Numbered from the stretch's first letter, positions 51,301 through 59,910 are shown. The stretch: DNA of 64,000 nucleotides from Promethearchaeia archaeon (GCA_029856045.1 JAHQWG010000016.1:32001-96000), one strand, 5' to 3'. The notes: generated by a model not told the origin, from the sequence alone. Translations and numbers: made by a program.

Positions 51301-51732
51301 ATTAAAATGATAAATATCGACTATACTATGTCTTCAGATAGCGAGTTACTTCTTGACAAATGTTTTCGAGGTTATCAAGGAAAACATAAAAAATTAATTA
51401 TAGTACCTTTATACATGCCGAAAAATTATATTAAGATGACTAAATCTAAGCTACACTCTTTTAGCATACCTTTTATGGAAAAAGTTGATATCTTAACTTC
51501 TCAAGAATTTCTTAATCTTTTCTCATTTCCTGATAATATTAGAGATAAATTTTTCTATTACTTAAGATTAGCAAAGGATTCGTTTGATGACGAAGCATTA
51601 TACAATCAACTTGAGAGAGATTCCCTTAAGGCCAAAAATATTTTAAAAACTAAATTTAAAGCAAGACAACAAAACGGGTTTGAAAAATTTCTTAGAGAAA
51701 GAGGAGATTACTCTCTTTTAAAACAAGGATAA
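48343..51732 (+). CDS. Large modular protein: acidic repeats, six ~75-aa repeats, putative PD-(D/E)xK-like nuclease domain
   Basis: Starts 1 bp after the ATPase stop with GGTGA upstream. Repeats are visible directly; the C-terminus reads G..LH..LE...FE...CDITI...INIDYT. Confidence 0.7.
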   Translation: MVEGESGGDASRDTSGDTSGDAGEDTEGDSEVDYEEGRTKEEVEGYDSQQESEETESVHSEAEESPTIEDELKEIEEEPIQDELPMSENDIENPDDLLSDDDLPMRGEDLKDSEENLDLQELPQTFDEVEKAIKESEERLDLTEVPQTFDEVEKALKESKERLDLSEIPQTFDEVEKALKESEERLDLTEVPQTFDEVEKALKESEERLNLSEVPKSIDELNALEDYQNKNIVKNSIRNIMRMSPEQRESHGLPREYTNHELDIFFAQIDTTATLDSNNAKPSEVSNPEGSGPFSRNGSFDGKSEGLKKESVNKIIDKEMTSDSDIKQKETSSTLNKDIEKSSIDNYKSKLANIDWKRQYLQTKKGMEETSNEKSEFDINNLEKIENTLDSKKIELATINDKIKKDNKDLKEWEKLKKEKKEEGKSKKKIEELNKENLKNKSESEIEQLNIISGKNRNDTSEDLLKNDLSIFATKRSWKDWTYEMLLEEFTKICYKLGVKDGFAPTKTQIENIEYRYIMSGITSLRKMYKKKGIDKKINYSTLVKDAGFNIKHDIYKYSNIRTLKEAAEKLMSIKDKLGILRERPPTRAELEDGGYSGFLNMFRNKKFTYNDAVRAAGLIPNYDSQKWMWLDKGDTLYLASNYFKKIYEQKLKNLLDLENNKAPRSGDLIEYGPKGFYYAVVDRGFTYNELVRAASLYPNVEPFKWGNTFNIVDAKDYLMKLINSGALDHLELSEGESPTIQQLKNSNNDFVQKFSKQGIKYNDILRLTGLQPNHEPYKYYNYKISDFIGLFKEIMDTNEIKDLNLGVREAPTLRQLYELGFGFFPSAIQKKEINYNEILRKSGYDINHEIRKYEGYSNNDFKQEVKKIILGSFLRDELNLTTKEAPTIKQLINLGYGDIIHQLIDRKISYNDVVKDADLVPNMFQTSQEIGKILHPILEYFFMIHTISKNINSYFEIRPSILDNRKQCDITILYPETYYIAPSKNIKMINIDYTMSSDSELLLDKCFRGYQGKHKKLIIVPLYMPKNYIKMTKSKLHSFSIPFMEKVDILTSQEFLNLFSFPDNIRDKFFYYLRLAKDSFDDEALYNQLERDSLKAKNILKTKFKARQQNGFEKFLRERGDYSLLKQG
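48682..49002 (+). repeat. 69-bp (23-aa) coding tandem repeat, ~4.6 copies
   Basis: Units start at 48682, 48751, 48820, 48889 and 48958; consensus EERLDLTEVPQTFDEVEKALKES. Confidence 0.93.
49771..51111 (+). repeat. Six diverged ~75-aa protein repeats
   Basis: Each unit reads ..L.L....aPt..ql...g...f.......YN..(v/l)r.ag..pN...K(W/Y). Confidence 0.85.
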
Positions 51733-51766
51733 AGTAGTATTATTTTATATTTTTTAAAAATTTTAA

Positions 51767-53077
51767 TTAATAATTTTTTATTCTGAAGTTTTCAATAGCA
51801 ACGTCAATTATCTTCGATGCTACATATCGTTTCGTATTTAATTCAACATGTGTAATATTTTTTTCTTTATCAATAATATAAACTTCATTCGTCTTGGACA
51901 CAAAACCTCTTTCCTTAAGTCCTACATCATTTGCTACAATTAAATCGACATCAGATTTTATTAAACGCTGATAAGCTCTTTCGATGAGTTCTTCTTTTGA
52001 AACCTTAGTTTCAGCCTTAAAAGCTACAATAAAAACATTTTTATCTGTTTCTCTTGCTATATCAATGATTTTAGGAGTTAACTTTAAATTAAGAATAAGT
52101 TCTTTACGCTCATCAGTCGATATCTTTCCTTTAAGACGTCGAATCGGTGTATAATCACTAATAGCTGCAGCCGATATGAAAAAATCATAACTATTTTTCG
52201 ACAATTCTTCTTTTACCACATTCAAGAAATCTTCAGTTGTGATAACAGATCTCGTTTCTATATATGCCGGAACCTTAGTTGTACCTTGACCATATACCAA
52301 TAAAACATCTCCTCCTCTAACCTTTACTTCTTTAGCTAGTTCAATTCCTTGACGACCTGAAGACCAATTCGTTAAATATCTCACCGTATCAAGCGGTTCT
52401 TTACTAGGACCAGCTGTTATAAGAAATTTTTTTCCTTCTAATTCTTTTACCGGGTGGACTAAATCAATCACTCTTTGGATGATATCATCAACTCTTGCAA
52501 TTTTAGCCTTACCTTCAGAGATTCTTGGACCTAAGATATCAACCCCTAGTCGTTTTAATTTAAGAATATTTTTCTCTAAAATTGGGTGATTGAACATACT
52601 CTCATGCATTGCGGGAACAATAATTATAGGAATCTGAGTTCCAAAAGCTGTGGTCACGACTGTAGTAACAGCTGTATCGTCAATTCCAGTAGCTATCTTT
52701 GAAATCGTATTTGCTGTCGCAGGACATACTAAAATAAGATCTGCTTTTCCTAACTTTTTTGGTCGTTCTCCTGCTAAATAGATATGTTCAACATTGCCTG
52801 TTAATTTTGTTATTGCTGGATTTCCGGTAGCCCAGTGCATTAGATCGGGACCAAGTAATTTTGTGGCAGCTCTAGTCATAACACATACCACCTCAGCACC
52901 AAGTCGCATTAATTCCCGGGAAATTATTGGAGCTTGAATTATCGCAACACTACCAGTGACACACAAGCAGATTGTTTTTCCTCTTAAAATTGTTCCCTTA
53001 GATTCTAAAATTTCCTTAGAGGGATGATCTTTATTCATATTAATCAAACTCTTAAATATGTACTTTTTTAAATTCAA
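51767..53077 (-). CDS. coaBC: Bifunctional phosphopantothenoylcysteine decarboxylase / phosphopantothenate--cysteine ligase
   Basis: VTGSVA, EHI, PATANTISK, PAMHESM, ITAGP...D.VRYLTN.SSG, AAISDY, FKAE, VANDV. The probable start is ATG 53038. Confidence 0.95.
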   Translation of the reverse strand: MNLKKYIFKSLINMNKDHPSKEILESKGTILRGKTICLCVTGSVAIIQAPIISRELMRLGAEVVCVMTRAATKLLGPDLMHWATGNPAITKLTGNVEHIYLAGERPKKLGKADLILVCPATANTISKIATGIDDTAVTTVVTTAFGTQIPIIIVPAMHESMFNHPILEKNILKLKRLGVDILGPRISEGKAKIARVDDIIQRVIDLVHPVKELEGKKFLITAGPSKEPLDTVRYLTNWSSGRQGIELAKEVKVRGGDVLLVYGQGTTKVPAYIETRSVITTEDFLNVVKEELSKNSYDFFISAAAISDYTPIRRLKGKISTDERKELILNLKLTPKIIDIARETDKNVFIVAFKAETKVSKEELIERAYQRLIKSDVDLIVANDVGLKERGFVSKTNEVYIIDKEKNITHVELNTKRYVASKIIDVAIENFRIKNY

Positions 53078-53325
53078 AATAAAAGTAATGATTATTTCAT
53101 TAAAATTTTTTTAAAAAAAAAACATAATGATAATTTAACTGATTTTTAATTTTAATTAAATCATCTTGTTATTGGATATTTCGAATTATCTGGTATAAAT
53201 TCATATCTTTACTATTTATAAACAATTGTTTAATTTAAAAAAGTATTATAATCTCTTAATCGAGATATTTTTATTAAAATAAGATAAAACTTAGGAAAAT
53301 CCATGTGGTGTAAAAAAAAATTCCA

Positions 53326-55809
53326 TTGGATATAATAGAAAATCAGAAAATTAGAATTCTTCTCGATATAAACGATGAAATTTCTTCTCAAAAAATTGAA
53401 ATAAGAGATGGAAATAAATATATTCCTGTTATCGGGAGTTCAGAATCGTTGGGTACTTTACTCTTCATATTTAAAAATTGCTTATATTCTAAGCCGTTGA
53501 TACTCAAAAAAAAGTCTGAAAGTAATTTAATCTTAAATTATGAAGATTCTATATTATCAATCCTTTTAGAAATTACAATTGAAAATGATGATTTAATTCA
53601 TTTTAAATATACAATAAAATTTAATCATAAATTAAAATTAACAAAACTTATTTCAAATTATGATATATTATTAGGAAATAATCCAGATTATACTTGGGTT
53701 CCTCATATTCGTCCAAAAGAAAATTATGTTATGGCAGATCATATTTTTCGCTCTCCTGCTGTAATATATAATAAAGGGAAATATTCTTTTTCATTAATTC
53801 CAGATTTAGATATCCTTGCTAAAAATAGACATTTCCAGACTATATTAGATTTAAATTTAAAGAATAAAGAATATACGGACTTTCCTCAACTATATTTTGG
53901 CTTCGGAAATTATAAAGCCGTTGAACATATTCTATTTCGTCACAATCCAAAGAAACATATGAAAATAAAAGCGGATTCAAATTTAATTTTTGGATACTAT
54001 GTGAAATTATTTAATGACTCACCTATTAATGATGTTTTAGCATATATTAATTCATTTTTATGGGAGAAATATGGAAAAAAAAGATTATATGCTGATTGTA
54101 AACCACAAGTATTATCATATGACACCTTTGTTGAGGAAGGTTTTAAAGCAATTTTTAAACGCCATAATTATTGGGGAAATTTTCAAATTGATAATATAGA
54201 ATGCGGAGGTGTTTTTCTTAGATCTTGGATGGGCTCCAAAAAAAAGCCACTTAAATATATAAAACCAGAAAAATTTGAAAAATATAAAAAAACAAGTTCA
54301 ATAGAATTATCTGGTCAAAGTAAACTTATCAATAGAATAATTTCAAGGTTTTCAAATAGTCCCTTTTGGATTAAAAGATTTGATAATTTCACGCGTCATC
54401 ATGCAATTATTACAAGAAACGCAGAGATACGAAATAATGCTTGGTTTTTAAATGTTCGGACTGGTTATGGTTTTAGATATTTTGCGAAATTATGGAATGA
54501 TCAATTTCTTAAAGATAAGGGAAATAGAACATTAAATACGGTATTAAATCTTCCTCGAATTAGAGGAGTATTTCCAAGTGTTATTTTACCAGAGAAAGAA
54601 AACGCAGTAAATTTTTCTACAATAAATGGGTTAAAAGCCTTTATCTTCACTGATGATTTTCACATAGTTGATATTTGTCTAGCTATTTACTGGGCAATCA
54701 AATTTTTTGAAGATTTTGGTGAAGTTAATGGAATTAAAGAAAAATGCAAGGAACTTTTTGATCTAATAGAAGAAGTTCAATTAGATAATGGTGCAATCCC
54801 CACATACATAGGTTTCAAAGAGGATAATAAGACACCGATTATTAGAGATACATTAATAAATTCGGCAAGTACAGGGGCACCATTGATGTTTCTAACAGAA
54901 TATTATAAAATTTCTAGAGATAAAAGAATCATTCCAATTGCTGAAAAATGTGCAAAATATATTCAAACTGAAATTATTCCTCAAGATAAATGGCATGATT
55001 ATGAACCTTTCTTTAGTTGCACACATTTACCTTTTGATATATATGATGATTTTACAAAATCTCATGTCATAAATACTTTGTCAATATATTGGAGCGCAGA
55101 AGGATTAAAAGAATTATATAAAATCACTAAGAACAAGGATTATTTAATATTAGGAGAAAGAGTTTTATCCGTTCTATCATTATTTCAACAAGTATGGGAC
55201 ATTCCTTACATCAGTTATAATACATTTGGAGGTTTTGGAGTGCAAAATGCAGATGCTGAATTGAGTGATGCGAGACAAGGTCTCTTTGTCCGGACGTATA
55301 TGGAGTATTATTTAGAAACAGGAAAAAAAGAATATATGGAAAGAGGAATCGCGACATTAAGAGCTTGTTTTGCTTTAATGCTTTTAAGAGAACTTAAAGA
55401 ACAATGTCCAGGTAACTTAAAAGGAATCGAAACGCTTGATGGTATTGATAGAGGATGTATCTGTGAAAATTATGGCCATTCAGGAAATGATCTACGAATT
55501 CCTGGATATATAATGTTTGATTGGGGAGTAGGTACATCTGCTTCAGCTTCTGCATATATAAAAAAACACTTTGGTGATTTATTCATTGATTTTAAAGAAA
55601 ATATTGCATGGGGGATTGATGGATTAATCGTGAGAACATTTGAATACAAGGATGATAAAATTTTCATAAAATTTGATAAAATTGAAGATAAAAAAGATAT
55701 TCTTGTAAAAGCGAGGGATCCTCCAAAAGAAAAACTAGAAATTTTTATAAATGACAAATCACTTGGGTTAAGAAGTAAAAAAGATTTAGAAGAAGGGTTC
55801 ATATTTTAA
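53326..55809 (+). CDS. Hypothetical protein, probable (alpha/alpha)6-barrel glycoside hydrolase-like
   Basis: 827 aa; repeated ELY..T....YL / EYY.ETG..EY.ERG helices, Q.DNG, ENYGH. Confidence 0.5.
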   Translation: MDIIENQKIRILLDINDEISSQKIEIRDGNKYIPVIGSSESLGTLLFIFKNCLYSKPLILKKKSESNLILNYEDSILSILLEITIENDDLIHFKYTIKFNHKLKLTKLISNYDILLGNNPDYTWVPHIRPKENYVMADHIFRSPAVIYNKGKYSFSLIPDLDILAKNRHFQTILDLNLKNKEYTDFPQLYFGFGNYKAVEHILFRHNPKKHMKIKADSNLIFGYYVKLFNDSPINDVLAYINSFLWEKYGKKRLYADCKPQVLSYDTFVEEGFKAIFKRHNYWGNFQIDNIECGGVFLRSWMGSKKKPLKYIKPEKFEKYKKTSSIELSGQSKLINRIISRFSNSPFWIKRFDNFTRHHAIITRNAEIRNNAWFLNVRTGYGFRYFAKLWNDQFLKDKGNRTLNTVLNLPRIRGVFPSVILPEKENAVNFSTINGLKAFIFTDDFHIVDICLAIYWAIKFFEDFGEVNGIKEKCKELFDLIEEVQLDNGAIPTYIGFKEDNKTPIIRDTLINSASTGAPLMFLTEYYKISRDKRIIPIAEKCAKYIQTEIIPQDKWHDYEPFFSCTHLPFDIYDDFTKSHVINTLSIYWSAEGLKELYKITKNKDYLILGERVLSVLSLFQQVWDIPYISYNTFGGFGVQNADAELSDARQGLFVRTYMEYYLETGKKEYMERGIATLRACFALMLLRELKEQCPGNLKGIETLDGIDRGCICENYGHSGNDLRIPGYIMFDWGVGTSASASAYIKKHFGDLFIDFKENIAWGIDGLIVRTFEYKDDKIFIKFDKIEDKKDILVKARDPPKEKLEIFINDKSLGLRSKKDLEEGFIF

Positions 55810-55871
55810 TAAAATTTAAATAATTCATCAATTAATTGTAATATATTTCTTATAATCTTTAATGGATTTTT

Positions 55872-57053
55872 ATGTTTGATGTAGTAATTTCGGGAGCTGG
55901 TCCATCTGGTTCTAAATGTGCAGAAATTTTAGCTAAAAATGGTTTTAAGGTTGCATTAATTGAAAAAGATACTAATTGGCGAAAACCTTGTGGAGGTGGT
56001 GTAAGTGCGAGGATTTTTAAATATTTTCCTCAGTTGAGAAAATACAATATACCAAAAAAGAAAGGTATTGTTATGTTTTCCTCAAAATATTATAAATTGG
56101 AAAATAGATGGGAAGATCTTAAAGATTACTCAATTGTAATGGATCGATTGGAATTGGATAATTTAATCAGAGATGTTGCAGTTGATGCGGGAGTAGAACT
56201 TTTTGATAAGAATATTTCATTTGATTATGTAATTAAAAATCAAAAAAAAATTGGAATTAGGACAAAGACACCTTCAGGTGTTAATGAATATTTAGGGAAA
56301 ATAATTATTGTGGCCGATGGAATGAGTTCTAAATTGGCAATAAAATCCGGATTGAGAGAACGATGGAAAACTGAACAACTTGGTATAGCAAAATGTGCTA
56401 TTTTGGAAGGGGAGAATTCTTTAGATTCAAGTTCTATTTATATTTTCTTTCGACCTTATAAAGGATACGGATGGATATTTCCTATAGATGAACACCGTTT
56501 TAATATTGGATGTGGAACATTTGAAGAAGATAATTTAAGCTATAATTTAAATGAAATTTACAAGGAGTTTATAAATAATCCAAATATTAAAAATCTTTTA
56601 CCAAAATCGAATTATAAACAAATATGGATGGGATCTTATCCCTTACCAAGTCTAGGAGTATTAGAAAAAAGTTTATTTGGAGAAAATATAATGCTTATTG
56701 GAGATGCTGCAGGATTTGTATCCCCCATAAGTGGGGAAGGAATACATGCAAGTATAGTATCAGGAGATATAGCTGCTGAAACTGCAATTTATGCTTTAGA
56801 AAAAGAAGATGTGTCAGAAAAGACGTTAAAAAAATATAAATTCCATCCAAAAATTAAAAAAATAATTCGAAATTTCAAATTAAAACATTCAATGGCAAAT
56901 TTCTTTTTTGAAAATAGGGGTCAAAATCTTAATACCGTATTTAAAATAGCTGAGAAAGAGATATCATTTAAACAAGAAGTTATAAATATATTTTTATACA
57001 ACACTACTCCTCCAAAGGAATTCTTTCAAAGAATAAAAAACACGATTTCTTAA
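55872..57053 (+). CDS. Geranylgeranyl reductase family FAD oxidoreductase
   Basis: GAGPSGS, KPCGGG, ADG, GYGWIFP, GDAAGFVSPISGEGI motifs. Confidence 0.9.
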   Translation: MFDVVISGAGPSGSKCAEILAKNGFKVALIEKDTNWRKPCGGGVSARIFKYFPQLRKYNIPKKKGIVMFSSKYYKLENRWEDLKDYSIVMDRLELDNLIRDVAVDAGVELFDKNISFDYVIKNQKKIGIRTKTPSGVNEYLGKIIIVADGMSSKLAIKSGLRERWKTEQLGIAKCAILEGENSLDSSSIYIFFRPYKGYGWIFPIDEHRFNIGCGTFEEDNLSYNLNEIYKEFINNPNIKNLLPKSNYKQIWMGSYPLPSLGVLEKSLFGENIMLIGDAAGFVSPISGEGIHASIVSGDIAAETAIYALEKEDVSEKTLKKYKFHPKIKKIIRNFKLKHSMANFFFENRGQNLNTVFKIAEKEISFKQEVINIFLYNTTPPKEFFQRIKNTIS

Positions 57054-57088
57054 AAATTAATTATAAGTTATTGATAAAAAGAATTTGA

Positions 57089-57111
57089 ATGGACTTGACG
57101 GGATTCGAACC
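57089..57111 (-). repeat. Diverged copy of the tRNA-Ala 3' end (outer att site)
   Basis: atggacttgacgggattcgaacc versus atggacctgacgggaatcgaacc at 62063-62085: 2 mismatches in 23. Confidence 0.85.
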
Positions 57112-57115
57112 AAAG

Positions 57116-57134
57116 CTATGTCGTCACGGCATAG
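57116..57134. other. Imperfect palindrome next to the outer att site
   Basis: CTATGTCGT-C-ACGGCATAG; its centre (57125) is 18 bp from the att core end (57107). Confidence 0.7.
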
Positions 57135-57269
57135 TATTTTTCTTCAAATGAGAAAAATTCATATATAAAAGCTAATTCAAAAGTAATAGAAATAATCAAC
57201 CGAAATAAGGAAAACTCATTTCTTAATATCAGTTAAAATTTCATAGAATAAAAAAAATCTCAAAATAGT

Positions 57270-58949
57270 CTATAAGTTAATTTTATTCATCATATCATCT
57301 GGTATAATGATATACAATGGCCACTTTTTTAAAATCCCTTTTGGGACTTTCCCACTTCCTACGTTTTTTAAAACTAAATCACGTGATAAAACAAAATCTA
57401 TGGGTTTTTCATTTATAACTTCAAGCTCTAATGAGTTATTATTCAATAGGTTATTGATATTTGAATTTAATGGGCATTTCATAATCAACATTCGAAGCAC
57501 CCCTAAATCCATTGATTTATCTTCATTAGATACAAACAATGAAAACTTCCATGGTTTAGAATTAGAATAACTTTTATATAATACCAAATAGTTTAAAGAA
57601 TATTCCATATTTTTTTTTATACAATCTAATAGTTTTTTAGGGTTTAAAATAAAGAAATTTGGTAATTTAAAATAATATCCAGCTAATATTTTAAATTTGC
57701 TTGGTATAGTTAATTTTGGAGATAATTTTAGAGGGTATTTTATTATAAATCCCGAACGGATAATATCTCCACTGATTTGAGGAACCCCTTCTTGTTTTTT
57801 TATAGTGATCATATCTCCTAAATCAATATTAACTAATGGGTTTTTATCATCATAGCGAGAAACAAGTAACTTACCAAATTTATTTTTAGATTGGGTAAGT
57901 AAAGAACGGGAATTATTATATTCTAAAACGGGAATAGTTAATGGAAATACATACATCTTATTTTCTCTTGATATTGTGAAGTCTCCATTTGGGAGACTCG
58001 ATGCAAATGGTCCAATTTCTGATGCAACATAAAGGTTCGTGAACTTTTCCTTTCCTCTCTCCCATTGCATAAAACTCCTAATTAAATTCCACTGATTTTC
58101 AGAAAGATTCGATGTACTAAAAATAATTATTGCTTTTGATAAATGGACAGATAATAAATTCCGAATCTTCAATGCCGCTTTCTCTATATTATATTTATTT
58201 ATAATTTTTCTAATCTTATTTAAAACCTTGTTTTGGATTTCCTTATCGTCCCTTTGAAATTCAGTCTTTTTAAATATGCTAATAGAAGATTTTAACCGTT
58301 CAATATTATTCCATTTGAGGATGGTCAAAGCTGGGGCGGAGATCACAGAGATTTTAGGAATAGATAAGATTTTCGCAATTGTATCTATTTGAATAGAATG
58401 TTTATACTCATCTATTAAATATGAGTTAGGTTGGATAATAGAAAGCATGAGACGTTGTGAAAACTCAGAAGAATATAGCGAGACATACTTCAATCCATTT
58501 TTTTCATTTAATCCATCAAAACTCATTCGAGAAGGAATGAAAATAACCACAGATCCTTCTTTTGTTAGCCTGCTTGATTCAAATATTGCTTGCATCCCAG
58601 GTCCCCAAATTTTATATATTAATTGAGGGGACATATAAAACCACTTGAGATCTGAAACCCTACTGCTTGTCGTACCAGATGTATGGCATAATATGGGTAA
58701 TTTTAACCCTACTTTTGATTCAAAAAACGAATGTAAATCCAATGAAAACTCTCTCGATTTTATTTTCTCGACCTTAATACGTCGTAAAAGATATAAAACT
58801 TTATCAAGACCAGAAAGCCTAAGGGAGAGTTCCTCATATTCTTCTCTTGAATTAATATCTAACCAAGCTTTCCAATCCATCTTTTTATAATCTGATAGCT
58901 TTCTTTTAAATACACTCTGGAGTTTTGGATCAAAATCATATTTTAACAT
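57270..58949 (-). CDS. Adenylate-forming (ANL) superfamily protein, GH3/PaaK/LuxE-like
   Basis: HTSGTTS P-loop-like motif, NLYVASEIG, DLGD. Confidence 0.55.
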   Translation of the reverse strand: MLKYDFDPKLQSVFKRKLSDYKKMDWKAWLDINSREEYEELSLRLSGLDKVLYLLRRIKVEKIKSREFSLDLHSFFESKVGLKLPILCHTSGTTSSRVSDLKWFYMSPQLIYKIWGPGMQAIFESSRLTKEGSVVIFIPSRMSFDGLNEKNGLKYVSLYSSEFSQRLMLSIIQPNSYLIDEYKHSIQIDTIAKILSIPKISVISAPALTILKWNNIERLKSSISIFKKTEFQRDDKEIQNKVLNKIRKIINKYNIEKAALKIRNLLSVHLSKAIIIFSTSNLSENQWNLIRSFMQWERGKEKFTNLYVASEIGPFASSLPNGDFTISRENKMYVFPLTIPVLEYNNSRSLLTQSKNKFGKLLVSRYDDKNPLVNIDLGDMITIKKQEGVPQISGDIIRSGFIIKYPLKLSPKLTIPSKFKILAGYYFKLPNFFILNPKKLLDCIKKNMEYSLNYLVLYKSYSNSKPWKFSLFVSNEDKSMDLGVLRMLIMKCPLNSNINNLLNNNSLELEVINEKPIDFVLSRDLVLKNVGSGKVPKGILKKWPLYIIIPDDMMNKINL

Positions 58950-58987
58950 AATAAAATAGTAGTAAGAGTAGTTTTAAAATAAAGTGA

Positions 58988-59137
58988 TTAATATTTTTTT
59001 GTATAGGGGATGTTCTGTGCAAGCCATTTAAAGCTTTCTTTCAAACCTATCCCAGTTTTAGCAGAGACCATATCATATCTAGCTTTTATTCCATATTTTC
59101 TAGGATCATATAGTTTTGAGTTTTCCTTTAGATTAAA
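58988..59137 (-). pseudogene. C-terminal fragment of an Arf-like small GTPase
   Basis: Manual translation ...YDMVSAKTGIGLKESFKWLAQNIPYTKKY*; bounded upstream by an in-frame stop, with no G1-G4 motifs. Confidence 0.7.
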
Positions 59138-59386
59138 TCAAGGATTTTAATCAATATAAAAAAAAGAGAGCCAAAAATAACTAAATACAAATAATTAAAG
59201 TCATAATATTGATTTTCTTTAAGCGATAATGAAATAATTATATTAAAGAAAAATAAAAAAAGATATTTTTTTTGGATCTACTAAAATGGGGGATTCGATC
59301 CCTTTTTTTCAAAAAAAACAAACAGTATTAAATTTAAAATAGTCCAACCCTATTTTCATATTCTAATAATACTTGAAAAATTTTCA

Positions 59387-59405
59387 ATGGACCTGACGGG
59401 AATCG
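59387..59405 (-). repeat. Exact 19-bp copy of the tRNA-Ala 3' end (inner att site)
   Basis: atggacctgacgggaatcg is identical to 62063-62081. Confidence 0.92.
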
Positions 59406-59412
59406 TTTAAAA

Positions 59413-59433
59413 GTGATATCACTGTGATATCAC
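59413..59433. other. 21-bp double palindrome, left copy
   Basis: GTGATATCAC-T-GTGATATCAC, 7 bp from the att core. Confidence 0.9.
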
Positions 59434-59580
59434 CAAAATGTATTTTTTCCAGATTTTTAATTTAAACTGGAATATTTACTTTCCTCATTCAATTTCGTCA
59501 ATTGAGTAAGAAAATATTAGATTATCTTAGTGATTAATTGAGAAAAAGCAAGATATATTTAGTAAGAACTCACATTTCTT

Positions 59581-59910
59581 CTATGATTTAATACTATTTG
59601 TAGTTAAGTAAATTTTTGCTATCTTTATATCATTATTTTTACACGACTTCTCGGGATAAAGCCAAGAACACTTCTTCAACATTTCGACCTGTTTTTGCAG
59701 AGCATTAATAATATCCAAGCATTTATACTTTATTGCAAACAATAATGCATCTTCTCTTTTAACTCCTCTCCCGCTTTCGATGTCTATCTTATTTCCAATT
59801 AGTAAAAGGGGTAAATTTATTAGCAAATTAGGGTGTTGTTCCAAAATTATTTTTAAATTATTTTCACCTTCCCTTAATGATCTCTCACTCAAGATGTCAT
59901 ATACAAAAAT
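59581..59910 (-). pseudogene. Truncated, frameshifted Rab/Ras-like small GTPase
   Basis: NGGIFVYDI...LLLIGNKID in one frame and CSAKTGRNVEEVF..L* in another; the P-loop half is absent. Confidence 0.8.

Larger units (their letters stand above)
44746..52267. mobile_element. 7,514-bp integrated element in coaBC carrying a replacement 3' end and a three-gene operon; no integrase recognised
   Basis: ATATATGC at 44746-44753 and 52260-52267 marks where the duplicated coaBC homology ends. The offset of 7514 bp also holds at the two stop codons (44253 and 51767). Confidence 0.8.

Noticed and set aside
44754-51766. Integrase, transposase or relaxase within the coaBC element
   Set aside because: No tyrosine-recombinase R-H-x-x-R-Y, serine-recombinase, DDE or HUH motifs were recognised in the three ORFs. 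A highly divergent enzyme cannot be excluded without an HMM search.
59373-59387. TTGAAAAATTTTCAA palindrome as the right arm of the outer islet
   Set aside because: It is low-complexity, differs in sequence from the left palindrome and does not show the 18-bp spacing; chance is plausible in AT-rich DNA.
57089-59405. Additional tRNA genes at 57089 and 59387
   Set aside because: Only 19-23 bp of the acceptor/T-arm end are present and no cloverleaf forms, so they are treated as att sites.
59581-59892. 103-aa ORF as an intact gene
   Set aside because: It lacks G1-G3 and its G5 motif lies in another frame, so it is a pseudogene fragment.
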